Assembly: GCA_947174295.1 (NCBI GenBank) | Contig: CAMWIG010000001.1 | Location: 1-33,997 of the forward strand | Source of the DNA: an uncultured Alistipes sp. | GTDB taxonomy: Bacteria; Bacteroidota; Bacteroidia; Bacteroidales; Rikenellaceae | Direction: 5' to 3' | Length of the DNA stretch: 33,997 nt | Shown here: piece after piece, positions 19,199 through 26,117 of the stretch | Position numbering within the stretch: the stretch's first letter is position 1 | Layout: each line of letters begins with the position of its first letter | Program-made: the position numbers and the translations under genes | Notes under the pieces: generated by a model | What the model was told of the DNA's origin: nothing | Database searches by the model: none | Seen by the model: the letters and a program-made list of their open reading frames with translations, nothing else

Positions 19199-20038
19199 CT
19201 ATTTATCCCTGTTTCGGGGCTTTTCGCGCAGTCCGTAGACCCGTTCGCGCACCATGCGGACCCTCTCGGCGGCCGAACCCGCCTTTGCGAGCTCCTCGTC
19301 CGTCACCGGCTCGCCGAACACGATGCGGAAACTGCGGCCCGACTGCCGCAGCATCTCGTCGGGCAGAAGAATCATCTCGGCGTTGAACTTCACGCCGAGC
19401 CGTTCGCGCAGACGCGACAACCGATAGAACCTGTCGGAGAGCGTGCCCTCGACAAACACGGGGACTATCGTGCGGCCCGACGCCGCGGCCCATTTGAGGA
19501 ACGACGTCCGCCACTCGGTGTCGGCGACCACGCCTTCGCGGCGGCGCGAGCACAGCCCCGCGGGAAATGTCAGCACGGGCATACCGCCCGAGAGACCCTC
19601 CTCCATGCGGCGGGCGTATGCGGCCGTCTGCCGGCCGTGCTTGTTCACCGGCAGCCATATCGGCGCCAGCGGCTCGACGTTCATCAGCAGGTCGTTCACC
19701 ACGACCCTCACGTCGCCGAAACGCTCCGTCAGCACATCGGCCAGCATCATGCCGTCCATGCCGCCGAACGGATGGTTGGCGACGAACATGTAGCGGCCCG
19801 TCTCGTCGAGCGCATCGAGCCCTTCGGTGCGGCAGGTTATATTCCAGCTGCGGAAAGTGGCCCGAATGAACTCCTGCGGCGGCAGATGCCAGTACGACGC
19901 GAGCACCTCGTTGAGCTCGCGCTCGCGGATGAGCCGCGCCAGCGCCCGCACGACGAATCCGGGTATGAACCGCGACAAGCGCGGAAGCCGAGCGCGCAGA
20001 ATGCCCGCCACGTCTATCTGTGGATATGTTCTCTCCAT
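19199..20038 (-). CDS. PlsC-like O-acyltransferase (GlsA-like)
   Basis: FVANHPFGGMDG (HX4D), VVVNDLLMN, LTFPAGLCSRR, IVPVF; paired with the GNAT gene; start refined to ATG 20038. Confidence 0.8.
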   Translation of the reverse strand: MERTYPQIDVAGILRARLPRLSRFIPGFVVRALARLIRERELNEVLASYWHLPPQEFIRATFRSWNITCRTEGLDALDETGRYMFVANHPFGGMDGMMLADVLTERFGDVRVVVNDLLMNVEPLAPIWLPVNKHGRQTAAYARRMEEGLSGGMPVLTFPAGLCSRRREGVVADTEWRTSFLKWAAASGRTIVPVFVEGTLSDRFYRLSRLRERLGVKFNAEMILLPDEMLRQSGRSFRIVFGEPVTDEELAKAGSAAERVRMVRERVYGLREKPRNRDK

Positions 20039-20128
20039 CGTATAACAAGGGAAACCGCCCCGCACGCGACCCCGCGAACCGGCGGAGCCGCCGACCGCAA
20101 AAGCGACGGCGCAGAACGATTATTGTTA

Positions 20129-20167
20129 CAAAGATAATCAATAAATTCGTAAAATTGCCTAACTTTA
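20129..20167. promoter_or_regulatory. Divergent promoter pair (acyltransferase operon and rsmH operon)
   Basis: Minus-strand TATCTTTG (20129-20136) and plus-strand TAACTTTA (20160-20167) in an AT-rich island. Confidence 0.55.
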
Positions 20168-20195
20168 CAGCCAAATCGACTCGTTACACGACAAT

Positions 20196-21098
20196 ATGCA
20201 AGACTATCACATACCGGTACTCCTCGAAGAGTCCGTCTCGCTGATGAACATCTCGCCGGACGACACCTGCGTCGACCTCACGTTCGGCGGCGGCGGCCAC
20301 TCGCGCCGCATACTCTCGTCGCTGGGCGACGGGGGACGCCTCTACTCGTTCGACCAGGACGCCGACACGCTGGCCAACCGTCCCGACGACGCGCGCTTCC
20401 ACTACGTGGAGAGCAACTTCCGATTCATGCGCGGCGCACTGCGTCTGCGCGGCGTCGAGCAGGCAGACTCCGTTCTGGCCGACCTCGGCGTGTCGTCGCA
20501 CCACTTCGACGCCGTGGAGCGCGGATTCTCGTTCCGCGGCGACGCTCCGCTCGACATGCGCATGAACCGCCGCGCCGGACGCACGGCCGCCGACCTCGTC
20601 AACGAACTGTCCAACGAGGAGCTCACGCGCATCTTCCGCGACTGGGGCGAGCTGGACACTCCGTGGAAAATAGCCAACTGCATCGAGCGCAGCCGCGCCG
20701 CGAAGCCCGTCGCCACGACGGCCGAGCTCGTCGAGGCCGTGCGCCCCTGCACCCCGCGCAAGGACGAGTCGAAGTTCCTCACCAAGCTCTTCCAGGCGCT
20801 GCGCATAGAGGTCAACGGAGAGATGGAGGCGCTGAAAATGGCCCTCGAACAGAGCCTGCGCGTGCTGCGTCCCGGCGGGCGGCTGGTCGTCATATCCTAC
20901 CACTCGCTCGAAGACCGTCTGGTGAAGAACTTCATGCGCAGCGGCCGATTCGACGGCGAGTGCGAGACCGACTTCTTCGGCCGACGTCAGACCCCGTTCG
21001 AGGTCATAACGCGCAAGGCCGTGACGCCCTCGGCCGAGGAGCTCGCCCGCAACCCCCGCTCGCGTTCGGCCAAGCTGCGCGCCGCAATAAAACTGTAA
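20196..21098 (+). CDS. rsmH: 16S rRNA m4C1402 methyltransferase
   Basis: YHIPVLLEES, VDLTFGGGGHS, FDQD, LADLGVSSHHFD, RGFSFR, PLDMRM, FQALRIEVNGE, ISYHSLEDRLVK, NPRSRSAKLR. Confidence 0.97.
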   Translation: MQDYHIPVLLEESVSLMNISPDDTCVDLTFGGGGHSRRILSSLGDGGRLYSFDQDADTLANRPDDARFHYVESNFRFMRGALRLRGVEQADSVLADLGVSSHHFDAVERGFSFRGDAPLDMRMNRRAGRTAADLVNELSNEELTRIFRDWGELDTPWKIANCIERSRAAKPVATTAELVEAVRPCTPRKDESKFLTKLFQALRIEVNGEMEALKMALEQSLRVLRPGGRLVVISYHSLEDRLVKNFMRSGRFDGECETDFFGRRQTPFEVITRKAVTPSAEELARNPRSRSAKLRAAIKL

Positions 21099-21102
21099 CA
21101 CG

Positions 21103-21897
21103 ATGAAAGCACTGCTGCACAGAATACTCTACCGCACGCTGCCGCTCGAAGGCTACCTCCGCACGGTGAGCCGGCTCTTCTTCGTCGCCTACCGTCTCGG
21201 GCTGGGACGCCGCTCCCCCGCCACGGAGTATGTCTACCACCTGCCGCAGATTGTCCGCCGCGGCGACACGTGCATCGACATAGGCGCCAATCTGGGCTAC
21301 TACTCGCGGCCGCTGTCGCAAATCGCCGGTCCCGAGGGCCGCGTCTACGCCGTGGAGCCCGTGCCGGTCATCGGCCGGGTGCTGCGCCGCAACCTGCGCG
21401 GCTGCCGCAACGTCGAGATACTGCCCTACGCGCTGGGCGGGGAGAACCGTCCCGTGCGGATGTCGAACGACTCGGCACGCACCACGGGCTACTTCGGCAC
21501 GGGGCAGAACTACGTCGACGACAGCGGCGCCGGGGCGTGCGCCACGTTCGAGGCCGAGATGCGGCGCGGCAGCGAGCTCTTCGCCGGACTCGAACGGCTC
21601 GACTTCATCAAGTGCGACATCGAGGGCTACGAGCTGCACGTCATGCGCGAGCTGTGGCCTCTGTTGGAGCGCTTCCGCCCCACGGTGCTCATCGAGACCG
21701 GCGGCAGCAACCGCCCGCAGATAATCGAGCTCTTCCGCTCGCTGGGATACGAGGGCTACACCCTCGACCGCGGCCGCCGCGTGCCGCTCGCGCCCGACAG
21801 CGGGAAGGACATTGTCTTTCGAATTCAAAATTCAGAATTCAAAATTGAGGATTCGAAGACCGGGATAAAAAAGATTGAACGACAAATTAAAGTATAA
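21103..21897 (+). CDS. FkbM-family SAM-dependent methyltransferase
   Basis: CIDIGANLGYYS, VYAVEPVP, LPYALG, LDFIKCDIEGYE; the C-terminal tail runs through a heptamer array. Confidence 0.9.
   Translation: MKALLHRILYRTLPLEGYLRTVSRLFFVAYRLGLGRRSPATEYVYHLPQIVRRGDTCIDIGANLGYYSRPLSQIAGPEGRVYAVEPVPVIGRVLRRNLRGCRNVEILPYALGGENRPVRMSNDSARTTGYFGTGQNYVDDSGAGACATFEAEMRRGSELFAGLERLDFIKCDIEGYELHVMRELWPLLERFRPTVLIETGGSNRPQIIELFRSLGYEGYTLDRGRRVPLAPDSGKDIVFRIQNSEFKIEDSKTGIKKIERQIKV
21821..21848 (+). repeat. Heptamer array, forward arm 1
   Basis: GAATTCA AAATTCA GAATTCA AAATTGA inside the 3' end of the FkbM gene. Confidence 0.9.
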
Positions 21898-21972
21898 TGC
21901 AATTCGAATTTCGGGATTCTCCGACTGACTCCGCGCCGGCTGCCGCATACCCGGCAACCCGCATACGGTCAA

Positions 21973-22007
21973 TCAATTTTGAATTTTGAATTTTGAATTT
22001 TGAATTT
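21973..22007 (-). repeat. Heptamer array, reverse arm 1
   Basis: TCAATTT (TGAATTT)x4, ending 6 nt before the trmD ATG. Confidence 0.92.
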
Positions 22008-22013
22008 CACGAT

Positions 22014-22718
22014 ATGCGTATAGACATAATCTCCTCCGTTCCCGAACTGATGACCTCGCCTCTGAGCGAATCCATCCTGCGCCGCGCACAGGAGAAGGGC
22101 CTGGTCGAAATCGTCGTGCACAACCTCCACGACTACGCCCACGACCGCCGCAAGACCACCGACGACTATCCGTTCGGCGGCGAGGCGGGCATGGTCATGA
22201 AGTGCGAACCGGTATTCGAACTCGTCGAGAAGCTCCAGTCGGAACGCCGCTACGACGAAATCATCTACACCTCGCCCGACGGCATCCGCTACGACCAGCA
22301 CGAGGCCAACCGCCTCTCGACACTCGAAAACATCATCATCCTCTGCGGCCACTACAAGGGCATCGACCACCGCATCCGCGAGCACCTCGTCACGCGCGAG
22401 ATCTCGATCGGCGACTACGTGCTCACGGGCGGCGAGCTGGCGGCCTGCATCATCGCCGACTCGGTGGTGCGGCTCATCCCGGGCGCGATAGGCGACGAGT
22501 CGTCGGCCCTGACCGACTGCTTTCAGGACGACATGCTCGCCCCGCCGGTCTACACGCGCCCTGCCGAGTTCCGCGGCTGGAGCGTTCCCGACGTGCTGCT
22601 CTCGGGCAACTTCGCCGAAATCGAGAAGTGGCAGGACGAGCAGTCCTACGAACGAACGCGCCGCCTGCGGCCGGACCTTCTGGAAATTCAGAATTCAGAA
22701 TTCAAAATTCAAAATTAA
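22014..22718 (+). CDS. trmD: tRNA (guanine-N1)-methyltransferase
   Basis: MRIDIIS start, [70 protein letters not shown], then repeat-encoded [11 protein letters not shown]. Confidence 0.97.
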   Translation: MRIDIISSVPELMTSPLSESILRRAQEKGLVEIVVHNLHDYAHDRRKTTDDYPFGGEAGMVMKCEPVFELVEKLQSERRYDEIIYTSPDGIRYDQHEANRLSTLENIIILCGHYKGIDHRIREHLVTREISIGDYVLTGGELAACIIADSVVRLIPGAIGDESSALTDCFQDDMLAPPVYTRPAEFRGWSVPDVLLSGNFAEIEKWQDEQSYERTRRLRPDLLEIQNSEFKIQN

Positions 22719-22730
22719 TCGAATTCCGAA
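22684..22730 (+). repeat. Heptamer array plus unique extension, forward arm 2 (left arm of the 44-bp inverted repeat)
   Basis: AAATTCA GAATTCA GAATTCA AAATTCA AAATTAA TCGAATTCCGAA; contains the trmD stop codon. Confidence 0.93.
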
Positions 22731-22743
22731 ATCCGACAGCAGC

Positions 22744-23103
22744 ATGAAGGCCGGCAACATCGTACTCGACAAAAGTTTCTCGTTCGCAGTCCGCACAGTG
22801 AACATATACAAGGCATTGCAGAACGGGCAGGAGTACACTCTCTCGAAACAGCTGCTGCGCAGCGGAACGAGCATCGGCGCCAATATCCGCGAGGCCCTGC
22901 GCGGCCAGTCTCGCAACGACTTCATATCGAAGATGAACATAGCCCTGAAAGAGGCCTACGAGACGGAATACTGGCTCGAACTGCTGCATGCGACAGGTTA
23001 TCTGGACAAACCGCAGTTCGACGACGCGTTCGCGGAGTGCCGCGACCTGACCAACATACTGTCGAAGATAATCATATCTTCAAGACGAAACGATAATGTC
23101 TAA
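22744..23103 (+). CDS. Four-helix-bundle protein (23S rRNA IVS-protein / TIGR02436-like family)
   Basis: 119 aa; KSFSFAVR, LSKQLLRSGTSIGANIREA, SRNDFISKMNIALKEAYETEYWLELL, characteristic of this family. Confidence 0.92.
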   Translation: MKAGNIVLDKSFSFAVRTVNIYKALQNGQEYTLSKQLLRSGTSIGANIREALRGQSRNDFISKMNIALKEAYETEYWLELLHATGYLDKPQFDDAFAECRDLTNILSKIIISSRRNDNV

Positions 23104-23114
23104 CTCTCTCGATA

Positions 23115-23158
23115 TTCGGAATTCGATTAATTTTGAATTTTGAATTTTGAATTTTGAA
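23115..23158 (-). repeat. Reverse arm 2 (right arm of the 44-bp inverted repeat)
   Basis: TTCGGAATTCGA TTAATTT (TGAATTT)x3 TGAA; reverse complement of 22687-22730 with 2 mismatches; ends 8 nt before the lpxB ATG. Confidence 0.93.
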
Positions 23159-23166
23159 CTGATAAT

Positions 23167-24315
23167 ATGAAATATTATCTCATTGCCGGCGAGCCGTCGG
23201 GCGACCTGCACGGCGCCAACCTGATAAAAGGGCTGAAAAAGGCCGACCCCGAGGCTGAGTTCCGCTTCTGGGGCGGCGACAAGATGGCCGAGGCGGGCGG
23301 TGCGGAGAACCTGCGCAAGCACTACCGCGAGACGTCGTTCTTCGGCATCGTCAACGTGCTGCTCAACATGCGCACCATCTCGCGGCAGATGCGCGAATGC
23401 CGCGCCGACATCGAGAGCTACGCACCCGACGTGCTGATACTCATCGACTACCCGGGCTTCAACATGAAGATGGCCCGCTTCGCCCACGAGCGCGGCATCC
23501 GCACCTTCTACTACATCGCCCCCAAGGTGTGGGCATGGCGCGAGCACCGCGTGAAGGCCATCCGCCGCTACGTCGACCAGCTCTACATCATCTTCCCGTT
23601 CGAGCGCGAATACTTCGCACGCCACGGCATCGACCCCGTTTTCGAGGGCAATCCTCTGGTCGACGCTCTGGCCGCACGCCGCGGCACGCTTCCCTCGCCC
23701 GAGGAGTTCCGCCGCCGCAACGGACTCGACGAGCGCCCCATCGTGGCGCTTCTGGCAGGCAGCCGCCGCGGGGAGATCCGCGACAACCTGCCCCTCATGG
23801 CCGAGCTGTCGCGCCGCTTCCCCGACCGGCAGTTCGTCGTGGCGGGAGTCTCGTGGCTCGACCGCGCGATTTACGAGAAGTACATGGCCGGCAGCGACAT
23901 ACGCTACGTCTGCGACCAGACCTACGAGACGCTCCGCGCCGCCGAGGCGGCCGTCGTGACGTCGGGCACGGCGACGCTCGAAACGGCGCTTATGAACATT
24001 CCCGAGGTGGTCGTCTACCGCACCTACGAGTGGCAGGTTCGCCTGCGGCCCTATGTGCTGAAAGTGCCGTTCGTGTCGCTCGTGAACCTCAACCTCGGGC
24101 GCGAAGCGGTACGCGAAATCATACAGTCGACACTCGACGTCACCGAGGCCGAGGCCGAGCTGCGCGCCATACTCGCCGACGGCTCGAAACGCGAGAAGAT
24201 GCTCGTCGACTTCGACGAGCTGCGAGTGGTAATCGGCAATGCGGGCGCCAGCGAACGCTTCGCCAGGCGAATGGTGGAGGAAATTCAAAATTCAAAATTC
24301 AAAATTCAGAATTAG
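23167..24315 (+). CDS. lpxB: Lipid-A-disaccharide synthase
   Basis: MKYYLIAGEPSGDLHGANL, ILIDYPGFN, YYIAPKVWAWR, IFPFE, FEGNPL, LLAGSRRGEI, VTSGTATLE, then repeat-encoded [11 protein letters not shown]. Confidence 0.97.
   Translation: MKYYLIAGEPSGDLHGANLIKGLKKADPEAEFRFWGGDKMAEAGGAENLRKHYRETSFFGIVNVLLNMRTISRQMRECRADIESYAPDVLILIDYPGFNMKMARFAHERGIRTFYYIAPKVWAWREHRVKAIRRYVDQLYIIFPFEREYFARHGIDPVFEGNPLVDALAARRGTLPSPEEFRRRNGLDERPIVALLAGSRRGEIRDNLPLMAELSRRFPDRQFVVAGVSWLDRAIYEKYMAGSDIRYVCDQTYETLRAAEAAVVTSGTATLETALMNIPEVVVYRTYEWQVRLRPYVLKVPFVSLVNLNLGREAVREIIQSTLDVTEAEAELRAILADGSKREKMLVDFDELRVVIGNAGASERFARRMVEEIQNSKFKIQN
24281..24315 (+). repeat. Heptamer array, forward arm 3
   Basis: (AAATTCA)x4 GAATTAG; the last three bases are the lpxB stop codon. 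Confidence 0.92.
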
Positions 24316-24396
24316 CGACCGACGACCGGCTCCTCAGGACGCGAGCCGTACCCGACGACGTATTGGCATCCGAACGACACCGCACACACAAAACGC

Positions 24397-25143
24397 ATGA
24401 GTCCGACACCCTACATAATCATGGCTGCCGTTTGGGGCCTCGCCGGCGCGTTCGTCGCCCGCTGGCCGGAGACGATGGCAGGCTACAACACGATGCCGCC
24501 CGAACGGCGCGCCGCCGTCGACATACGCGGCGCGGGAGGTTTCGCCGCACGCGCGTTCCACCTCTCGGCCGTCGTATCATTAGCCGGAGCCGCTGCCGGC
24601 GAGCAACTCGGCCGCACGATGCTGATGCTCCCCATAGGGATAGTGCTCGCCGCCGCGGTGGCGGGACAGCGCTACGACATGTACGTCATGGCCCGCCGCG
24701 TCCGCCACAACAAGGAGCGCTTCATGCCGCTGCTGCTTGTCGGCGACGAGTCGGAACGAATGATACGCAGCTACCTCGACCGTGCGGAGCTCTACGTCTG
24801 CCGCCGGTACGGGCTGTTCGGCCGGCCGATTGCCGTCTGCGCCGTTACGGACGATGGCGGCGGAGTCTTCGAAGTGAAGAACCTCGCCGTCGACGCCGCA
24901 TTCCGCAGCCGCGGACACGGACGACGGATGCTCGCCGCCATGGCGTGGCGCTGCCGCCGCGGAGAGTGGCTCACGCTCGGCACGGGCGAAACGCCCTCGA
25001 CGCTGGCGTTCTACCGCTCGTGCGGATTCCGCGAGTACGGACGCATCGCCGGCTTCTTTACCGACAACTACGATCGGCCGATAGCTGAGGAGGGCGTCAC
25101 GCTGCGCGACATGATACTGCTAAGGAAACGTCTGCGGAGCTGA
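24397..25143 (+). CDS. Fusion of a DUF3784-like membrane domain and a GNAT N-acetyltransferase
   Basis: N-terminal hydrophobic helices with MAGYNTMPPERRAAVD; C-terminal KERFMPLLLVGDESERMIRSYL, FEVKNLAVDAAFRSRGHGRRM (acetyl-CoA motif), GTGETPSTLAFYRSCGF, FFTDNYDRPI. Confidence 0.75.
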   Translation: MSPTPYIIMAAVWGLAGAFVARWPETMAGYNTMPPERRAAVDIRGAGGFAARAFHLSAVVSLAGAAAGEQLGRTMLMLPIGIVLAAAVAGQRYDMYVMARRVRHNKERFMPLLLVGDESERMIRSYLDRAELYVCRRYGLFGRPIAVCAVTDDGGGVFEVKNLAVDAAFRSRGHGRRMLAAMAWRCRRGEWLTLGTGETPSTLAFYRSCGFREYGRIAGFFTDNYDRPIAEEGVTLRDMILLRKRLRS

Positions 25144-25160
25144 CTCCGCCCAACGACCAT

Positions 25161-25491
25161 ACGACGCGGAAGGGACTACTCCGTGTATTTCCCTTTCGCA
25201 GAGAAAGAGACGGGGCGGAAGGCGCCCTATGCACGAAACCGCTTTTCGATTTTAGAGAGGCGGATTTCGACACGACGACTGCACGACGCGCAAGGGACAT
25301 ACTCCGTGTATTTCCCTTTCGCGGAGAAAGAGACGGGGCGGAAGGCGCCCTATACACACGGAAGCCGCTTTTCGATTTTAGGGAGGCGGATTTCGACACG
25401 ACGAATGTACGACGCGGAAGGGACATACTGCTCGTATTTCCCTTTCGCGGAGAAAGAGACGGGGCGGAAGGCGCCCTATAAAATCGAAAAG
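25161..25491. repeat. Tandem array of about 2.6 copies of a structured ~122-126 bp intergenic unit (REP/MITE-like)
   Basis: A ~70-bp core ACGACGCG.AAGGGAC.TAC...GTATTTCCCTTTCGC.GAGAAAGAGACGGGGCGGAAGGCGCCCTAT starts at 25161, 25283 and 25409, with near-identical linkers between copies. Confidence 0.9.
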
Positions 25492-25493
25492 AG

Positions 25494-26117
25494 ATGAAGA
25501 TTATTTGCATAGCCAGAAACTACTCCGACCATGCTGCGGAGTTGAGCAACATCGCGGCAGGCAGCGATGAACCCGTATTTTTCATGAAGCCCGACACGGC
25601 GCTTCTGCGCAACAACGACCCTTTCTACATCCCGCGATTCTCGAACGAAGTGCACTACGAGTGCGAACTGGTGGTGAGAATCAACCGCGTGGGCCGCGCC
25701 ATCGAGGAGCGGTTCGCACACCGCTACTACGACGAGGTGGGCCTCGGCATCGACTTCACGGCCCGCGACCTGCAACGCCGTGCCGCCGAGGCAGGACTTC
25801 CGTGGGAAGCGGCCAAGGCATTCGACCGCTCGGCGGCGCTGTCGCCGGAGTTCGTGCCGCTGGCCGAGCTGGGCGGCGACGTGCAGAGGCTGCATTTCGA
25901 GCTGCTCGTCGACGGCGAGGTGCGCCAGCGGGGCGACACGTCGCAGATGCTCTCGTCGGTCGACCGCATCATCTCGCATGTGTCGAAATTCATCACGCTC
26001 AAAATGGGCGACCTGATATACACCGGAACACCGGCCGGCGTCGCCGCCGTACACCCGGGCGAGGTGCTCGTCGCCAGGTTGGAGGGCCGCACGCTGCTGG
26101 ACTTCGACGTAAGGTAA
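25494..26117 (+). CDS. Fumarylacetoacetate hydrolase family protein
   Basis: MKIICIARNYSDHAAEL, PVFFMKP, VHYECELVV, GIDFTARDLQ, PWEAAKAFD, TLKMGDLIYTGTPAGV. Confidence 0.93.
   Translation: MKIICIARNYSDHAAELSNIAAGSDEPVFFMKPDTALLRNNDPFYIPRFSNEVHYECELVVRINRVGRAIEERFAHRYYDEVGLGIDFTARDLQRRAAEAGLPWEAAKAFDRSAALSPEFVPLAELGGDVQRLHFELLVDGEVRQRGDTSQMLSSVDRIISHVSKFITLKMGDLIYTGTPAGVAAVHPGEVLVARLEGRTLLDFDVR

Noticed and set aside
21993-22013. N-terminal extension MNFEFHD of TrmD from a TTG start
   Set aside because: It is a translation of the reverse heptamer array; the typical TrmD start MRIDI is at ATG 22014.
22744-23103. Diversity-generating retroelement (Avd-like four-helix bundle)
   Set aside because: No reverse transcriptase and no TR/VR pair differing at adenines was seen in the window.
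21821-23125. Cluster of GAATTC (EcoRI) sites as a restriction or cloning signal
   Set aside because: They arise from the G variant of the AAATTCA heptamer and the inner stem extension; no restriction-modification genes or vector sequence are present.
22684-23158. Classical IS element or rRNA intervening sequence
   Set aside because: The enclosed ORF has no recognisable DDE, HUH or recombinase motif, I saw no clear target-site duplication, and the flanks are protein-coding genes rather than rRNA.
25161-25491. Possible CRISPR array
   Set aside because: The repeat (~70 bp) is too long, the two 'spacers' are near-identical to each other, and there are no cas genes in the window.
25183-25497. 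104-aa repetitive ORF (YFPFAEKETGRKAPY x3) and its antisense counterpart
   Set aside because: Best explained as a translation of the DNA repeat; there is no independent coding evidence.
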